Translations under genes and position numbers: made by a program
Part shown: positions 43,723-55,430 of the stretch, one piece after another
Numbering within the stretch: the first letter of the stretch is position 1
Layout of the letters: the number at the start of each line of letters is the position of its first letter
Assembly: GCA_964608665.1 (NCBI GenBank)
Contig: CAZSQJ010000012.1
Span: 7,208 to 71,207 of the forward strand
Direction of reading: 5' to 3'
DNA from: an uncultured Bacteroidales bacterium
GTDB taxonomy: Bacteria > Bacteroidota > Bacteroidia > Bacteroidales > CAIXZF01
DNA: 64,000 bases
Notes under the pieces: generated by a model
The model's input: the letters and a program-made list of their open reading frames with translations, nothing else
The model's database searches: none
Told to the model about the DNA's origin: nothing

Positions 43723-45279
43723 TTATAAAACGTTGAATTGTAATGCTATCTGGAGATACCCTTTCGGGCTTTTGCTGAGTTCGCCGTAGGTTGCAGGATC
43801 TGTCCATTCCCCGGTGGTTCGCTGATACCTGACCAGAATGGCGTGATTTCTGTAAAAACACCAGGAATACTCCAGGCTGAAACCTCCGGTAAGCGTGTTC
43901 AGTCCCTCCATGTAATTCACCGCCCTTTCATGGTGGAAGCTTGTGAGAAGCGGTGTTGAATCTTTCAGGGTGATCTCCCCGGAGGTCGATAAAAGGAATC
44001 CCAACATGGGGCCGGCACCAACTGCATGATCCCCGGAACGGAACCGGACCACCAGCGGCAGGAACAACAGATTCATCTCCCTGTTCTCAAGGATGGTGAT
44101 GGTGGTCCACGGATAGAACAGAATGCTGGATTCACTGACAGAACGCTGTAACCTGTTACCGCTTGTTCGTAGAAAATCTGCTTCCAGCAGTATGCTGAAA
44201 CGCTCACTAACAGCGTATTCCATACCTGCCCCAAAATGAAAAGCTGCTTTGGTTCTGTCACGGAATCCGTCAATGTTACCAAGCGGTTTGTAAACTGTCA
44301 CTCCCGGACTGATAAAAAGCCGGAAAGGACTCTGTTTGAATGCTTCTGAATCCCTTTCCCTGCCTGGAGAGTCTTCGTTCAGTTGCCTTACCGGTACTGT
44401 TGAGTCCTGAACCGTTGTGGTTTTTTTGTTCACGGTTTCCCTGATACTATCTGCTGTCGCACTGATCAGCTCTGCCTGCTTATGATCCGTTTCCCAGCCA
44501 GAATTATCACCTTTATCAGACTTGGCATCCTTTGCGGTTACCCCTGCTGTAAAGCTGTTTTCAATTTGATTGGCTTCTGCCGGCTCCTGTTTTGGTTGAA
44601 CACTTTGTTCTGTTCCTCCTGAAACGCCTGTTTCACCTTTACTTATTTGTTGATCAAAAGCGACAGCCTGTGATGCAGCAAAGGTCCCGTTGTCAATAAC
44701 ATGGGTTGCGGACGCAGCCGTGGCATCGCCGGCAGCTTCCCGTGATATCTTTGTGTTTATCAGTATGCTTTCTCCTGATAATTCCCCGGTTGATCGCTGA
44801 TGAATTGCATCTGCTGCCGGGTTCCACTCCGTCCGGAATCCTGTTGCAGTATGTCCGGTGCTTCCTGGCTTGTTCACGGGATGGGCTCCGGAACTGATCA
44901 GCATGTCTTCCTGGTCCCGAGCAGTGTTCATCCATAGCCGCAAAGCGTTCCTGTCAACTGTCTCTTCCGCGGCATGTGATACAAAAGGGATATTGGCAGC
45001 GCTGCGATGCTGAGTGTTTGTAGCGGGTTCTTTTTCAGACAATAAGGTAAAGGTGATGATTGCAGACATACTGATCACCGATACCATGGCAATGATTCCT
45101 TTTCCGGAACCCAGGAATCGTAAAAGTTTCCCGATACCGGAAGGAGTGAAAGGCGGGTTGGATGGAGGAATGCTGTCCAGCATTTTCTCCAATCCCTGCC
45201 AGTATTCTTCCCTGAAAACCGGCTCATCCCCATTTAAGCGTTCTCTGAAGAAATCGTCTATGTTGTCTTTTTCGATCAT
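43723..45279 (-). CDS. Membrane-anchored protein downstream of the ECF sigma factor (anti-sigma-like N-terminus, low-complexity linker, C-terminal outer-membrane beta-barrel-like domain)
   Basis: ORF 43723..45306. Start set at M10 (MIEKDNIDDFFRERLNG), which makes an ATGA overlap with the sigma stop (tcat at 45276-45279). One TM helix (GIIAMVSVISMSAIITFTLL). The C-terminal ~190 aa have alternating beta-strand character, ending ...YLQIALQFNVL. Confidence 0.6.
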   Translation of the reverse strand: MIEKDNIDDFFRERLNGDEPVFREEYWQGLEKMLDSIPPSNPPFTPSGIGKLLRFLGSGKGIIAMVSVISMSAIITFTLLSEKEPATNTQHRSAANIPFVSHAAEETVDRNALRLWMNTARDQEDMLISSGAHPVNKPGSTGHTATGFRTEWNPAADAIHQRSTGELSGESILINTKISREAAGDATAASATHVIDNGTFAASQAVAFDQQISKGETGVSGGTEQSVQPKQEPAEANQIENSFTAGVTAKDAKSDKGDNSGWETDHKQAELISATADSIRETVNKKTTTVQDSTVPVRQLNEDSPGRERDSEAFKQSPFRLFISPGVTVYKPLGNIDGFRDRTKAAFHFGAGMEYAVSERFSILLEADFLRTSGNRLQRSVSESSILFYPWTTITILENREMNLLFLPLVVRFRSGDHAVGAGPMLGFLLSTSGEITLKDSTPLLTSFHHERAVNYMEGLNTLTGGFSLEYSWCFYRNHAILVRYQRTTGEWTDPATYGELSKSPKGYLQIALQFNVL

Positions 45280-45881
45280 TTCCCTGTTTTGGTTTGTTGC
45301 AGGCACAAGGCATTGATTCTGACTTTCAGGATATTTCTGGCGTTAGAAAGGTGCCACTTGGAGGTACCGGTGCTGATACCGAGTTCTTTGGCAATCTCCG
45401 CATGACTATATGCTTCGAAAACGTAAAGGTTGAACACCGTCCGGCTGACAGTCGGCAGTTCACCGATTAAGCCGTAAAGCGATGCTAGCCCGATGGATTC
45501 AAGAATTTCTTCTCCGGGCAGTTCTTCCGTGAAGTCTTCGAAGTGATCGGTCCGGGTAAATTGTTGCCTGTATCTGCCTTCCTTTCTGACATGGTCCAGC
45601 GCCGCATTCACCATAATACGTTTTACCCAGCCCTCAAAACTGCCCTGGCCCCGGTAGCTGCCTATCTGATTGAAGACTTTCAGAAAGCCTGTATTCAATA
45701 CTTCCATGGCCTCCTCTCCGTTACTGCAATATCGCCTGCATATTCGCATGGCGGCAGGAAACAGCAACTCATACAGACGCCGCTGGGCTTTACGGTCGTT
45801 GTTTCCGCATGCCTGTATCAGGTCCGTTCCGACCTTTTCCGGCATCGATCCGGGCTTTTCGGATGCTTTCGACATATTCAC
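45276..45881 (-). CDS. ECF-type RNA polymerase sigma-70 family factor
   Basis: 201 aa. Region 2 (RRLYELLFPAAMRICRRY...EEAMEVLNTGFLKVF...FEGWVKRIMVNAALDHVRK) and region 4 HTH (LPTVSRTVFNLYVFEAYSHAEIAKELGISTGTSKWHLSNARNILK). Confidence 0.85.
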   Translation of the reverse strand: MNMSKASEKPGSMPEKVGTDLIQACGNNDRKAQRRLYELLFPAAMRICRRYCSNGEEAMEVLNTGFLKVFNQIGSYRGQGSFEGWVKRIMVNAALDHVRKEGRYRQQFTRTDHFEDFTEELPGEEILESIGLASLYGLIGELPTVSRTVFNLYVFEAYSHAEIAKELGISTGTSKWHLSNARNILKVRINALCLQQTKTGK

Positions 45882-46022
45882 TGTTCAACCCCTCCGGCTA
45901 TCTTACCGGTTGGGCTATCCCCTTCCTTCAGCCTGTATGCCGGCTTTCTTGTCCCCCTGGGCCTGCATTCCCGCCTTCCTTTGTATCAGACGCATCAATC
46001 TGTAAAAGGTTGGGTATTTTTT

Positions 46023-48314
46023 TCACCGTACAGTGATTTCATCTATAAATACCCATGATTTGTTTCCTTTGTAGGGATGCCAGGATGGAAGGGTTTTCGT
46101 TGCCGTGACAAACAGGCGGATATACCGGGCTTTCACCGGCTGTATGTGAAAAACAAATTCTTTAATGATGGATTCCTGCTCGAGATTCGATGAAACTGCA
46201 CTGGTGCCGGCTCTGGTAAAATTCTCCCCGTCTTCTGACAGATAGCAGTTTATGAATAAGGGGTGCAGTATCCAGGATTTCTTGTCCTGCAAGGTACTCA
46301 CCGTGATCTCCTTTATCGTGTCGGCCTGCCCCAGATCAACTGTGATCCTGGGATCCAGACCTTCCCATCCAAGCCAGTGGATCTTGTAATCCTCTGTACC
46401 CCTCACCCCGTCGGTCAGTACCGAAGGCCCCCTGTGTGAATACTTCCGTGCCGGCAATGGATCACAATCCACTGTTTTCTGAAATGCAAGGTTCCCTTCA
46501 GTCTGCACCTGGATAAAACGCAAGGTGTTCTGATAATAGGTTTCAACCGTCAATCCGTTCTCATTCAGGTACTTGATGTTTTCTGAACGGCAACGGTCAT
46601 GAAAATCCTCCAGCAATTCCTTCATTTGCTTTTTAATCACAAACTTTGTCCCTCGCCTCACATACCAACCCCGGTCACTGAACAGGTCGGTGCGTGCAAT
46701 TTCCAGTGTGGCATACTGAATTGGCAGCCTGGCCACTTTTACCCGCCGAAGGTATTCAGGTTTGAATGCCACCATCAGTTCCGCCTTGTCGAACAAGGCA
46801 TTGTACTGTTCCAGTTTTTCTTTCGACAAAAATGACTGGGCATGCCATACCGGTGAACCGTAGATGTCGAGCCGGTCGCCCGAAAGGATAGCTTCGTTGT
46901 GAAGAAGGTTGAAATAAGAATGTACATATGGAGCAGCATCACCGTAATAGCCCTCCATAAACTCATTGATCACGGAATCAGCAGGAATATTTGGATTCCA
47001 TAACAGTTTGCTCAGCAGGTAGCCTTTCAGTTCGGCAAATTCCAGACCGCGGTCCAGATTGCATTGCTGAAAATGGGCTTTGGCATCATGCCGGTTAAAA
47101 AACTGCAGGTTGGGTTGCAGGGTGTGAAACAGGGGAAACGGACAAAGCAGGTTGGTGAACTGTACTTCGTAGTCCCAGATCATGATGTTGTCGCTGATCC
47201 GGTTCCAGCCTGCAATGTCATCCCTGAAATCCGCGCTGCCCGGATCTTTTTCGATGGGCATCGAACGGTTCAGTTCGATGGTACACAGGGTGATCATCAC
47301 GTTCGGACGCGGCCTGGTGACCAGGGGCGGTTTGCGTGTATACTGGTAGGCCAGGGTGGTAATGACTTTGTCGGGAAAGGAATCGGCGATCTGATTCACA
47401 AAACGAAGCATCAGCCCGGCCTGGCTGCCTTCCTCCGCGTCAATGGCTTTACACACAGGACAATCACAGGCGTAATAATTGTCGTTCTGACTTACCGACC
47501 AGTGCTTTCTTTCAGGGTAACGCGCCATAACTTCCCGCAGATGTTTCACGGCAATTTGAACAAGGTCGGGATTCGACAGACATAGCTGACCCCAGGGGAC
47601 TCTTTTCCCGTTGATCATTGAATAATATTCGGGATGCTTTTCGAAATACTCTTCCTCCGGAACAAGATTGTGAAAGGTGTGCACAAAATACCGTTCATCA
47701 TCTTTCGCTCCCCAAAAGGTTTCTACATGATGCAGTTTCCTTTTTCTTCTGAATTCCTTATCATCGAAGTATTTCCCGTTTACAATCCGGATTTCTGCGC
47801 CCGGTACCTGCAGATCATCGATGTTTTTCAGCGTGATATACTGTTTTTTGGGGATATCCTCAGCCCAAGGGGTGTAAAACCGGCAACCCAGATAATCTTC
47901 AAGAAAACTGAAAACAGCATGGTAAATCCCTCCGTCACTTCCGCCCAGTAACACCAGCTTCTTTCCGCTTGTCTTGATCCAGTATGCCTGCGGACGAAGC
48001 CCCGGTGCATACACCACAGGGTACTTGCCATAAGTCCGGTTGGTGTTTCCCACCAGGATCTCTTCATCGGTTTCCCTTTGATCATCATTGTATATCGTCA
48101 GGCTGATCTTTGATATCTGTTGCAGGTAATTCCGAAGTGTCTGGGCAGCATGCTTTTCATCGTCCGTGTATCCTGCCGGAATAATGATGCAATATTCAGT
48201 TCTTCCGTTTTCGGCAAGCCGTATCTCCTGGGCAGGAAGCGGCAGGTGCAATGCCGTCGCCAGGAAGCAAACCATACTGAAATGCAGGAACCGCTTCGGG
48301 AGAAGTATCGGCAT
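46023..48314 (-). CDS. DUF4838-type glycoside-hydrolase-like protein with C-terminal discoidin-like domain
   Basis: ORF 46023..48383. Start probably M24 (MPILLPKRFLHFSMVCFLATALHLPLPAQE, ATG at 48312-48314). The layout as I recall it for DUF4838 is ...YFVHTFHNLVP...HPEYYSMINGKR...QLCLSNPD...CDCPVCKAID.... C-terminus VLTDGVRGTEDYKIHWLGWEG... (F5/8 type C-like). Confidence 0.65.
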   Translation of the reverse strand: MPILLPKRFLHFSMVCFLATALHLPLPAQEIRLAENGRTEYCIIIPAGYTDDEKHAAQTLRNYLQQISKISLTIYNDDQRETDEEILVGNTNRTYGKYPVVYAPGLRPQAYWIKTSGKKLVLLGGSDGGIYHAVFSFLEDYLGCRFYTPWAEDIPKKQYITLKNIDDLQVPGAEIRIVNGKYFDDKEFRRKRKLHHVETFWGAKDDERYFVHTFHNLVPEEEYFEKHPEYYSMINGKRVPWGQLCLSNPDLVQIAVKHLREVMARYPERKHWSVSQNDNYYACDCPVCKAIDAEEGSQAGLMLRFVNQIADSFPDKVITTLAYQYTRKPPLVTRPRPNVMITLCTIELNRSMPIEKDPGSADFRDDIAGWNRISDNIMIWDYEVQFTNLLCPFPLFHTLQPNLQFFNRHDAKAHFQQCNLDRGLEFAELKGYLLSKLLWNPNIPADSVINEFMEGYYGDAAPYVHSYFNLLHNEAILSGDRLDIYGSPVWHAQSFLSKEKLEQYNALFDKAELMVAFKPEYLRRVKVARLPIQYATLEIARTDLFSDRGWYVRRGTKFVIKKQMKELLEDFHDRCRSENIKYLNENGLTVETYYQNTLRFIQVQTEGNLAFQKTVDCDPLPARKYSHRGPSVLTDGVRGTEDYKIHWLGWEGLDPRITVDLGQADTIKEITVSTLQDKKSWILHPLFINCYLSEDGENFTRAGTSAVSSNLEQESIIKEFVFHIQPVKARYIRLFVTATKTLPSWHPYKGNKSWVFIDEITVR

Positions 48315-48435
48315 GACGGGGAGAAATGCTTGCGTAAAATTTTCACGAATATACGGAAAAGAGGATTCTATGAACCTCCACATTTGTGCACAACGTCATT
48401 CGTGTGAATCCACTGCCATTTTTTCCGTTTTTTTG

Positions 48436-48443
48436 TAACTTTG
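48436..48443 (+). promoter_or_regulatory. TAnnTTTG -7 promoter element for the sigma-54 activator gene
   Basis: TAACTTTG at 48436-48443, 31 nt upstream of the ATG at 48475. Confidence 0.3.
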
Positions 48444-48474
48444 TCGCAAACCGGACTTAGTCCAAACGATCACC

Positions 48475-49704
48475 ATGGATACACTTCCGATCAAACAGCG
48501 TTTTGGGATCATCGGCAACTCACCCTTACTCGACAGGGCCATTCACATTGCCTGGCAGGTGGCGGCCACCGATATTACCGTCCTGATTACAGGTGAAAGC
48601 GGAACCGGAAAAGAATTCTTTCCCAAGATCATTCACCAGATGAGTCCCCGCAAACACGGACCCTTTATCGCGGTTAACTGCGGTGCCATCCCTGAAGGAA
48701 CGATCGATTCGGAACTGTTCGGGCACGAAAAGGGTTCTTTTACCGGTGCCCATGAAGCCCGGAAAGGATATTTCGAGGTAGTCAACACCGGTACCATCTT
48801 CCTGGATGAAGTGGCTGAACTCCCTCTTTCAACCCAGGTGCGCCTCTTACGGGTGCTGGAGTCAGGGGAATTTATCCGGGTGGGATCATCCAAAGTCCAG
48901 AAAACGGACGTCAGAGTGGTGGCAGCCACCAATGTAGATATGATGGAAGCCATTGAAAACGGTAAATTCCGCCAGGATCTTTACTACCGGCTCAGTACAG
49001 TACCCATCTACATCCCGCCCCTGCGGGAAAGAAAGGAAGATATCCTGTTGCTTTTCAGGAAGTTTGCGGCAGATTTCGCCGAAAACTACCGCATGCCGGT
49101 TATCAGCCTGAATGAAGATGCCCGCCACCTGCTCATGAATTACCGATGGCCAGGGAATATCCGGCAGTTGAAGAACATTACCGAACAAATTTCAATTATC
49201 GAGAAAAACAGGGAAATTTCTCCCGAAACCCTGATGAAATACCTGCCCGAGATCAGAAACAAAACCCTTCCCGTTCTCTGGAAGAAAGAAGAACCCGGTT
49301 CCGACTTTTCCGAAAGAGAAATTCTTTACAAGGTGCTCTTTGATATGAAGAAGGATATCTTCGACCTGAAAAAGCTTGTAATGGAAATCATGGACCAGGG
49401 TTTTACGGCCGAAAACCTGCCCGGAGACCTTTCCCGGTCCTACCACAAACTGTTTTCCGAAGTGGAAGAAACCCCAGCCGACAGTCCAACCATACAGATC
49501 CATCCTCCCTACCAAACAGTAACGGAAGATCTTCAGGATCCGGAAGTATTCGAGGAAAGCCTCAGCCTGTCGGAAAGGGAGCAGGAACTGATCGTGAAAG
49601 CACTGGAAAAATACAAGGGCAAACGAAAACTGGCGGCCCGTGATCTGGGAATCTCGGAAAGAACCCTCTACAGGAAAATTAAAGAATATGGTATCCACGA
49701 TTGA
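48475..49704 (+). CDS. Sigma-54-dependent transcriptional activator (AAA+ domain + C-terminal Fis-type HTH, no N-terminal sensory domain)
   Basis: 409 aa. Walker [24 protein letters not shown] (GAFTGA-loop variant), [25 protein letters not shown]-terminus [25 protein letters not shown]. Confidence 0.85.
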   Translation: MDTLPIKQRFGIIGNSPLLDRAIHIAWQVAATDITVLITGESGTGKEFFPKIIHQMSPRKHGPFIAVNCGAIPEGTIDSELFGHEKGSFTGAHEARKGYFEVVNTGTIFLDEVAELPLSTQVRLLRVLESGEFIRVGSSKVQKTDVRVVAATNVDMMEAIENGKFRQDLYYRLSTVPIYIPPLRERKEDILLLFRKFAADFAENYRMPVISLNEDARHLLMNYRWPGNIRQLKNITEQISIIEKNREISPETLMKYLPEIRNKTLPVLWKKEEPGSDFSEREILYKVLFDMKKDIFDLKKLVMEIMDQGFTAENLPGDLSRSYHKLFSEVEETPADSPTIQIHPPYQTVTEDLQDPEVFEESLSLSEREQELIVKALEKYKGKRKLAARDLGISERTLYRKIKEYGIHD

Positions 49705-49824
49705 AGCATGAAACGCTGCATTCTTTATTTAAACCGACACGGAATGGGTTTGCGAAAAATATGCTTCAGAACAGTGTACGGCATTACTCTTTCTACGCAG
49801 CTTTGCTCCGTAAACCTGGCAAGA

Positions 49825-50316
49825 ATGAGTATACTGTTTGCATTTTCCCTGCTTGCTGCCGCTTCCTGCGGAATTTATTCCTTCAGTGGGGCTTCTGTTC
49901 CGCCCGAAGCCAAAACCATTTCCATCCAGCATTTTCCCAACAATGCCTCTATCGTGAATCCCAGCCTTAGCCAGGCATTTACCGATATGCTGAAGGACAA
50001 GTTTACCACTCAGACCAGCCTCAATCTTGTGACCCGTAACGGAGACCTCCAGATTGAAGGAGAAATTACGGCCTACAATGTGCAACCTGTAGCCATACAG
50101 GGTAACGACCAGGCCGCACTCAACCGGCTGACCGTCACTATCAATGTGCGTTTTCAGAACAAATATGCCGAATCCCAGAACTTCGAGTCCTCTTTCTCCC
50201 GCTTTGCCGATTTCCCGGCAGCACAGAGCCTTTCATCCGTGCAGCAGATACTGCTCGAGGAGATCAATAAGGCCCTGGTGGAGGACATTTTTAATAAATC
50301 CGTGGCAAACTGGTAA
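49825..50316 (+). CDS. lptE: LptE-family lipoprotein (LPS assembly)
   Basis: ORF 49708..50316. Start set at MSILFAFSLLAAASCGIYSF (ATG at 49825, lipobox AASC). ...ISIQHFPNNASIVNPSLSQAFTDMLKDKF... and its position between the sigma-54 activator and secG match Bacteroidetes LptE-like genes as I recall them. Confidence 0.55.
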   Translation: MSILFAFSLLAAASCGIYSFSGASVPPEAKTISIQHFPNNASIVNPSLSQAFTDMLKDKFTTQTSLNLVTRNGDLQIEGEITAYNVQPVAIQGNDQAALNRLTVTINVRFQNKYAESQNFESSFSRFADFPAAQSLSSVQQILLEEINKALVEDIFNKSVANW

Positions 50317-50329
50317 AAGTATACAGCCT

Positions 50330-50869
50330 ATGATCAGGGACCAGCTCATTGATTGGATGAATCACCCGGAAAAGCTTGACCGGGAAAGCCTTCCCCTGCT
50401 GCAGGAAATGGCAGCGGATTATCCTTTTTTCCCAGCCGTTCATATCCTGTTGGCACGTAACCTGAAGAACCTCCAGGATCCGTCCTTCGGACCGGCTCTG
50501 AAAAAAGCGGCGGCCTATGCCGAAAACAGGATGTTGCTCCAACGCTTTATGTTGAAAAATCCCCCCCAGCCACCCAAACGAAGTTTTTCTACCAAGGCCG
50601 ATAACCTGATCGAAAAATTCCTGAAAGAAGAACCTGCCATCAAACCTGCAAGACATTTTGTGCCCCGGCATCCCGACAGCAGCGAAGACAGCCTCAGGGA
50701 ACACAATGACATTGCCAGTGAGACGCTGGCACGGTTGTACCTCGAACAGGGGAATCCCGACCGGGCCATTGAAATTTATCAGCAACTCTGTTTGTTAATT
50801 CCGGAAAAAACAGCTTACTTTGCAGGCCAAATTGAAAAAATCAGAACCAATAGAGATTCAACCACTTAA
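50330..50869 (+). CDS. Conserved hypothetical protein with a C-terminal TPR-like helix pair
   Basis: Within ORF 50144..50869. Start set at MIRDQLIDWMNHPEKL (ATG at 50330), 11 nt after the lptE stop codon. ...ETLARLYLEQGNPDRAIEIYQQLCLLIPEK... Confidence 0.55.
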   Translation: MIRDQLIDWMNHPEKLDRESLPLLQEMAADYPFFPAVHILLARNLKNLQDPSFGPALKKAAAYAENRMLLQRFMLKNPPQPPKRSFSTKADNLIEKFLKEEPAIKPARHFVPRHPDSSEDSLREHNDIASETLARLYLEQGNPDRAIEIYQQLCLLIPEKTAYFAGQIEKIRTNRDSTT

Positions 50870-50881
50870 AAAATTCACACC

Positions 50882-51205
50882 ATGTATATCCTTGTGTCAG
50901 TGCTGATCCTCATCGTTTGTATCATTATGGTGCTTGTAGTGCTTGTTCAGAATGCCAAAGGAGGCGGACTGGCTGCCAACTTCGCTTCTTCAAACCAGTT
51001 TATGGGCGTCAGGAAAACCGCCGATTTTCTTGAAAAGGCCACCTGGACCCTTGCCGTCAGCCTGCTGGTACTCAGCCTGTTGTCTGCTGTCATCATCCCT
51101 CCGGCACAAACCTCACAGGGAGCGGATACCGAACTGAGAGAAAAGATCGACAACACCAAAGCCCAACCCGTTCAGGATTACCAGGAAGCTCCTCCAAAGG
51201 AATAG
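50882..51205 (+). CDS. secG: Preprotein translocase subunit SecG
   Basis: 107 aa. Two TM helices with ...VLVQNAKGGGLAANFASSNQFMGVRKTADFLEK..., the SecG signature region. Confidence 0.8.
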   Translation: MYILVSVLILIVCIIMVLVVLVQNAKGGGLAANFASSNQFMGVRKTADFLEKATWTLAVSLLVLSLLSAVIIPPAQTSQGADTELREKIDNTKAQPVQDYQEAPPKE

Positions 51206-51321
51206 GCGCCTGATTTCGGATGCCTTGCAAATGGAAAGTCCTGGAGGGCTCCCCCTGTAATGTTTCCCGTGCCTTTCTCAGGGAATGATGTCTGCTGAAC
51301 CAGACCAGTTATAATGTCAGA

Positions 51322-51349
51322 ATGTCAGAAGATTCTGACATTTTTTTTC
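51322..51349 (+). terminator. Rho-independent terminator after secG
   Basis: atgtcag-aagatt-ctgacat followed by ttttttt. The left arm aatgtcag is tandemly duplicated (51313-51328). Confidence 0.6.
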
Positions 51350-51471
51350 TCATACACCGGAAAACTGCAATATTGTCTCTCATGCCCTGGCTCATCGCCT
51401 TTGGCATAGTATATGACAGAGCCCGGGACTGTCAAAAGCAACCTAAAGTTTCACAAAAAAAATAGTACGTT

Positions 51472-53411
<1,940 letters not shown>

Positions 53412-53435
53412 TCCAAAATCCGGAATACCTGATGG

Positions 53436-53472
53436 AGACCCTGAGGACAGATGTACTCAGGGTCTTTTTTTA
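53436..53472 (+). terminator. Rho-independent terminator after groEL
   Basis: agaccctga-ggacagatgtac-tcagggtct followed by ttttttt. Confidence 0.75.
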
Positions 53473-53570
53473 AATGCAGACCCGGAAAAGCCGCTCCCGG
53501 ATATTCCCTATTTTTGCAGGGGAATTCTGGTCCGGTATTTGTTAAATTGCAGGACATAATTTTTTGCCGC

Positions 53571-54122
53571 ATGAAGATCACCCGCTTGTTGTTGTTTGTC
53601 TTTTGCTTTCTGGCAATGATCCCGCTGAAAGCCCAGGATACTGTCTCCAGACCCGAAATCCCCGTGGATGAGGAAACCAGGCTGATCACCTGGAAGCAGG
53701 TGATCCGGCAGCAGGGAACCGCCGATGAACTTTATGTAAGAGCCATTGCCTGGCTGAACAGATTCTATAAAAACCCGGCTGAGGTTACCCGTACGCGCGA
53801 CAGGGAAAACGGCCTGCTGAAAGGGGTGCACCGTTTCAAACTGTATTATACCGATAAGGATGGTTTCAAACGGGAAACAGGTCTCTGTGAATATGATTTC
53901 TCGATCGAATGCAGGGAAGGACGGTACCGTTACATCCTGACGAATTTTGTTATGAAAGAAATGTCACGCAAACCCGTCGAACGCTGGTTAGACCGCAGTG
54001 ATCCTGCATGGAATCCTCAGTGGGACAGCTATTTGCAACAAATTGCCGAATACGTGAAATCCTGGGAAGACAGCCTGAATGAAGCCATGGCACCCCAGAT
54101 TAAGAAGGATGACTCATGGTAA
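53571..54122 (+). CDS. DUF4468-like secreted protein
   Basis: Within ORF 53451..54122. Start at MKITRLLLFVFCFLAMIPLKAQD (ATG at 53571). ...GTADELYVRAIAWLNRFYKNPAEV...LKGVHRFKLYY...CEYDFSIECREGRYRYILTNF resembles the DUF4468 pattern from memory. Confidence 0.55.
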   Translation: MKITRLLLFVFCFLAMIPLKAQDTVSRPEIPVDEETRLITWKQVIRQQGTADELYVRAIAWLNRFYKNPAEVTRTRDRENGLLKGVHRFKLYYTDKDGFKRETGLCEYDFSIECREGRYRYILTNFVMKEMSRKPVERWLDRSDPAWNPQWDSYLQQIAEYVKSWEDSLNEAMAPQIKKDDSW

Positions 54123-55323
54123 TGGTTCGCACCCGGCTCTGAGGCGTTAGCCGCAAACCTTCAGTGTCAAAGAATTCAATAAGGTTGATGCCGGGTCTTT
54201 TCCCTTTCTCAAAACTGCCGGCCCAATGGTCAATGCCCAGGTAAACGGCTCCGTTGAGGCTTCCCCAACGGAGCAGGGTTTCGAATTCCAGCCCGGGAAC
54301 ATGCTTTTGAAGGCTTTTCATCTCCTCCAGGATGGAGAGACCTCCGTTGCACGCCAGACTGTCCGTACCCAGGGTGATACGGTGATGGTGGTCATGAAAA
54401 AGCCGGATATCAGGTAAGCGGTTCTCAATGAACAGGTTGGCATTCGGACAGAAACAAAAAGCTGCTCCCGTAACCAACCGGGTGGCCAGCAGAATATCGG
54501 TCCCGGTGGCTGCCGTGTTATGCACGAACAAAGTCCTTACCTGAGATGGCAGATAATTGGCCAGGGCTGCCAGGGGACGATCACCCCTCAGGGGCTCATG
54601 GGTCAGTACCACGCCGAAATCCCTGATCCGTTCCCTGATCCTTCCGGAACCGTCTCTGAACCATTGCACTTCATCCTCGTTCTCGAGATGGTGAATGCTG
54701 GTGGGCAGACCTTCCGTATTGATGTGGTTTTTCAGCAGGATCAGCAGTTCGGGAGACAGGGAATAGGTTGCGTGGGGTGCGAGAGAAGCCTGGTTGTTCC
54801 GGGCGAAAGCCCTTAGCTTCTCAAGCCTTGAAACGGCTTTCCTGTAAAGCTGCCCGGCATGGGTTGCAGAAGAACCGAATACCTCCACAAAAGTGTGGAA
54901 AAATATGGCGGATTGTTCCTTGATCTCCCTGTGCTCCTGCGGGAAATCAAACCCGAGGATATCGCCGGCTGCCACGATGCCTTCTGATTCCATTTGCCTG
55001 ACTGCAGCCTGCATTGCAAAAGCATGGGAGGGCTGCCCGGGCATTTCTTTCTGATACAGGGCATTGATCTGCCTGATGAAGCCGTCAAGACCCCTGCCAG
55101 GATCCAGGTAAGCCTGCAGGTGCGATAATTCCAGATGAACGTGGGTATTGACAAAACCAGGGCAAAGAATACCGTCGTACCATTCGGTTTCTCCCGGCGG
55201 TACTTCCACAATTTCCGGGTCAAGCAGGTCGAGTATACTGCCATCGGTTGCCAGAACCAGTACCCCCTTGTACACCGGCGGTGTACTTACGGGAAAAACC
55301 CAGTCAGCAGATATCTTTCGCAT
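54100..55323 (-). CDS. Amidohydrolase-superfamily protein (nucleoside/base deaminase or chlorohydrolase-like)
   Basis: ORF 54100..55386. Start set at M22 (MRKISADWVFPV, ATG at 55321-55323). PGFVNTHVHLELSHL metal-binding HxH, ...LAPHATYS..., ...IHHLENEDE..., ...LGTDSLA.... Its 3' end overlaps the convergent DUF4468 gene by 23 nt. Confidence 0.75.
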   Translation of the reverse strand: MRKISADWVFPVSTPPVYKGVLVLATDGSILDLLDPEIVEVPPGETEWYDGILCPGFVNTHVHLELSHLQAYLDPGRGLDGFIRQINALYQKEMPGQPSHAFAMQAAVRQMESEGIVAAGDILGFDFPQEHREIKEQSAIFFHTFVEVFGSSATHAGQLYRKAVSRLEKLRAFARNNQASLAPHATYSLSPELLILLKNHINTEGLPTSIHHLENEDEVQWFRDGSGRIRERIRDFGVVLTHEPLRGDRPLAALANYLPSQVRTLFVHNTAATGTDILLATRLVTGAAFCFCPNANLFIENRLPDIRLFHDHHHRITLGTDSLACNGGLSILEEMKSLQKHVPGLEFETLLRWGSLNGAVYLGIDHWAGSFEKGKRPGINLIEFFDTEGLRLTPQSRVRTITMSHPS

Positions 55324-55430
55324 TCCTGTGTTCTTACGGGTTAAAAGTAACATTTCTTTCCTTGAATCCCCCGGCCTGAATGTCATGAATTTTTCACTAA
55401 ATTTGCGGTAATAATAGTTATGTTATTATT

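Noticed and set aside
43712-43861. Upstream 50-aa extension of the lipoprotein ORF
   Set aside because: It would overlap the upstream gene by ~140 nt. The internal M51 gives a proper signal peptide with a lipobox-like Cys.
51402-51417. TGGCA motif upstream of groES as a possible sigma-54 (-24/-12) promoter, tempting because a sigma-54 activator lies 2 kb upstream
   Set aside because: The spacing-correct -12 position reads TATGA rather than TTGC(A/T), so only the -24 half matches. I also found no CIRCE-type inverted repeat.
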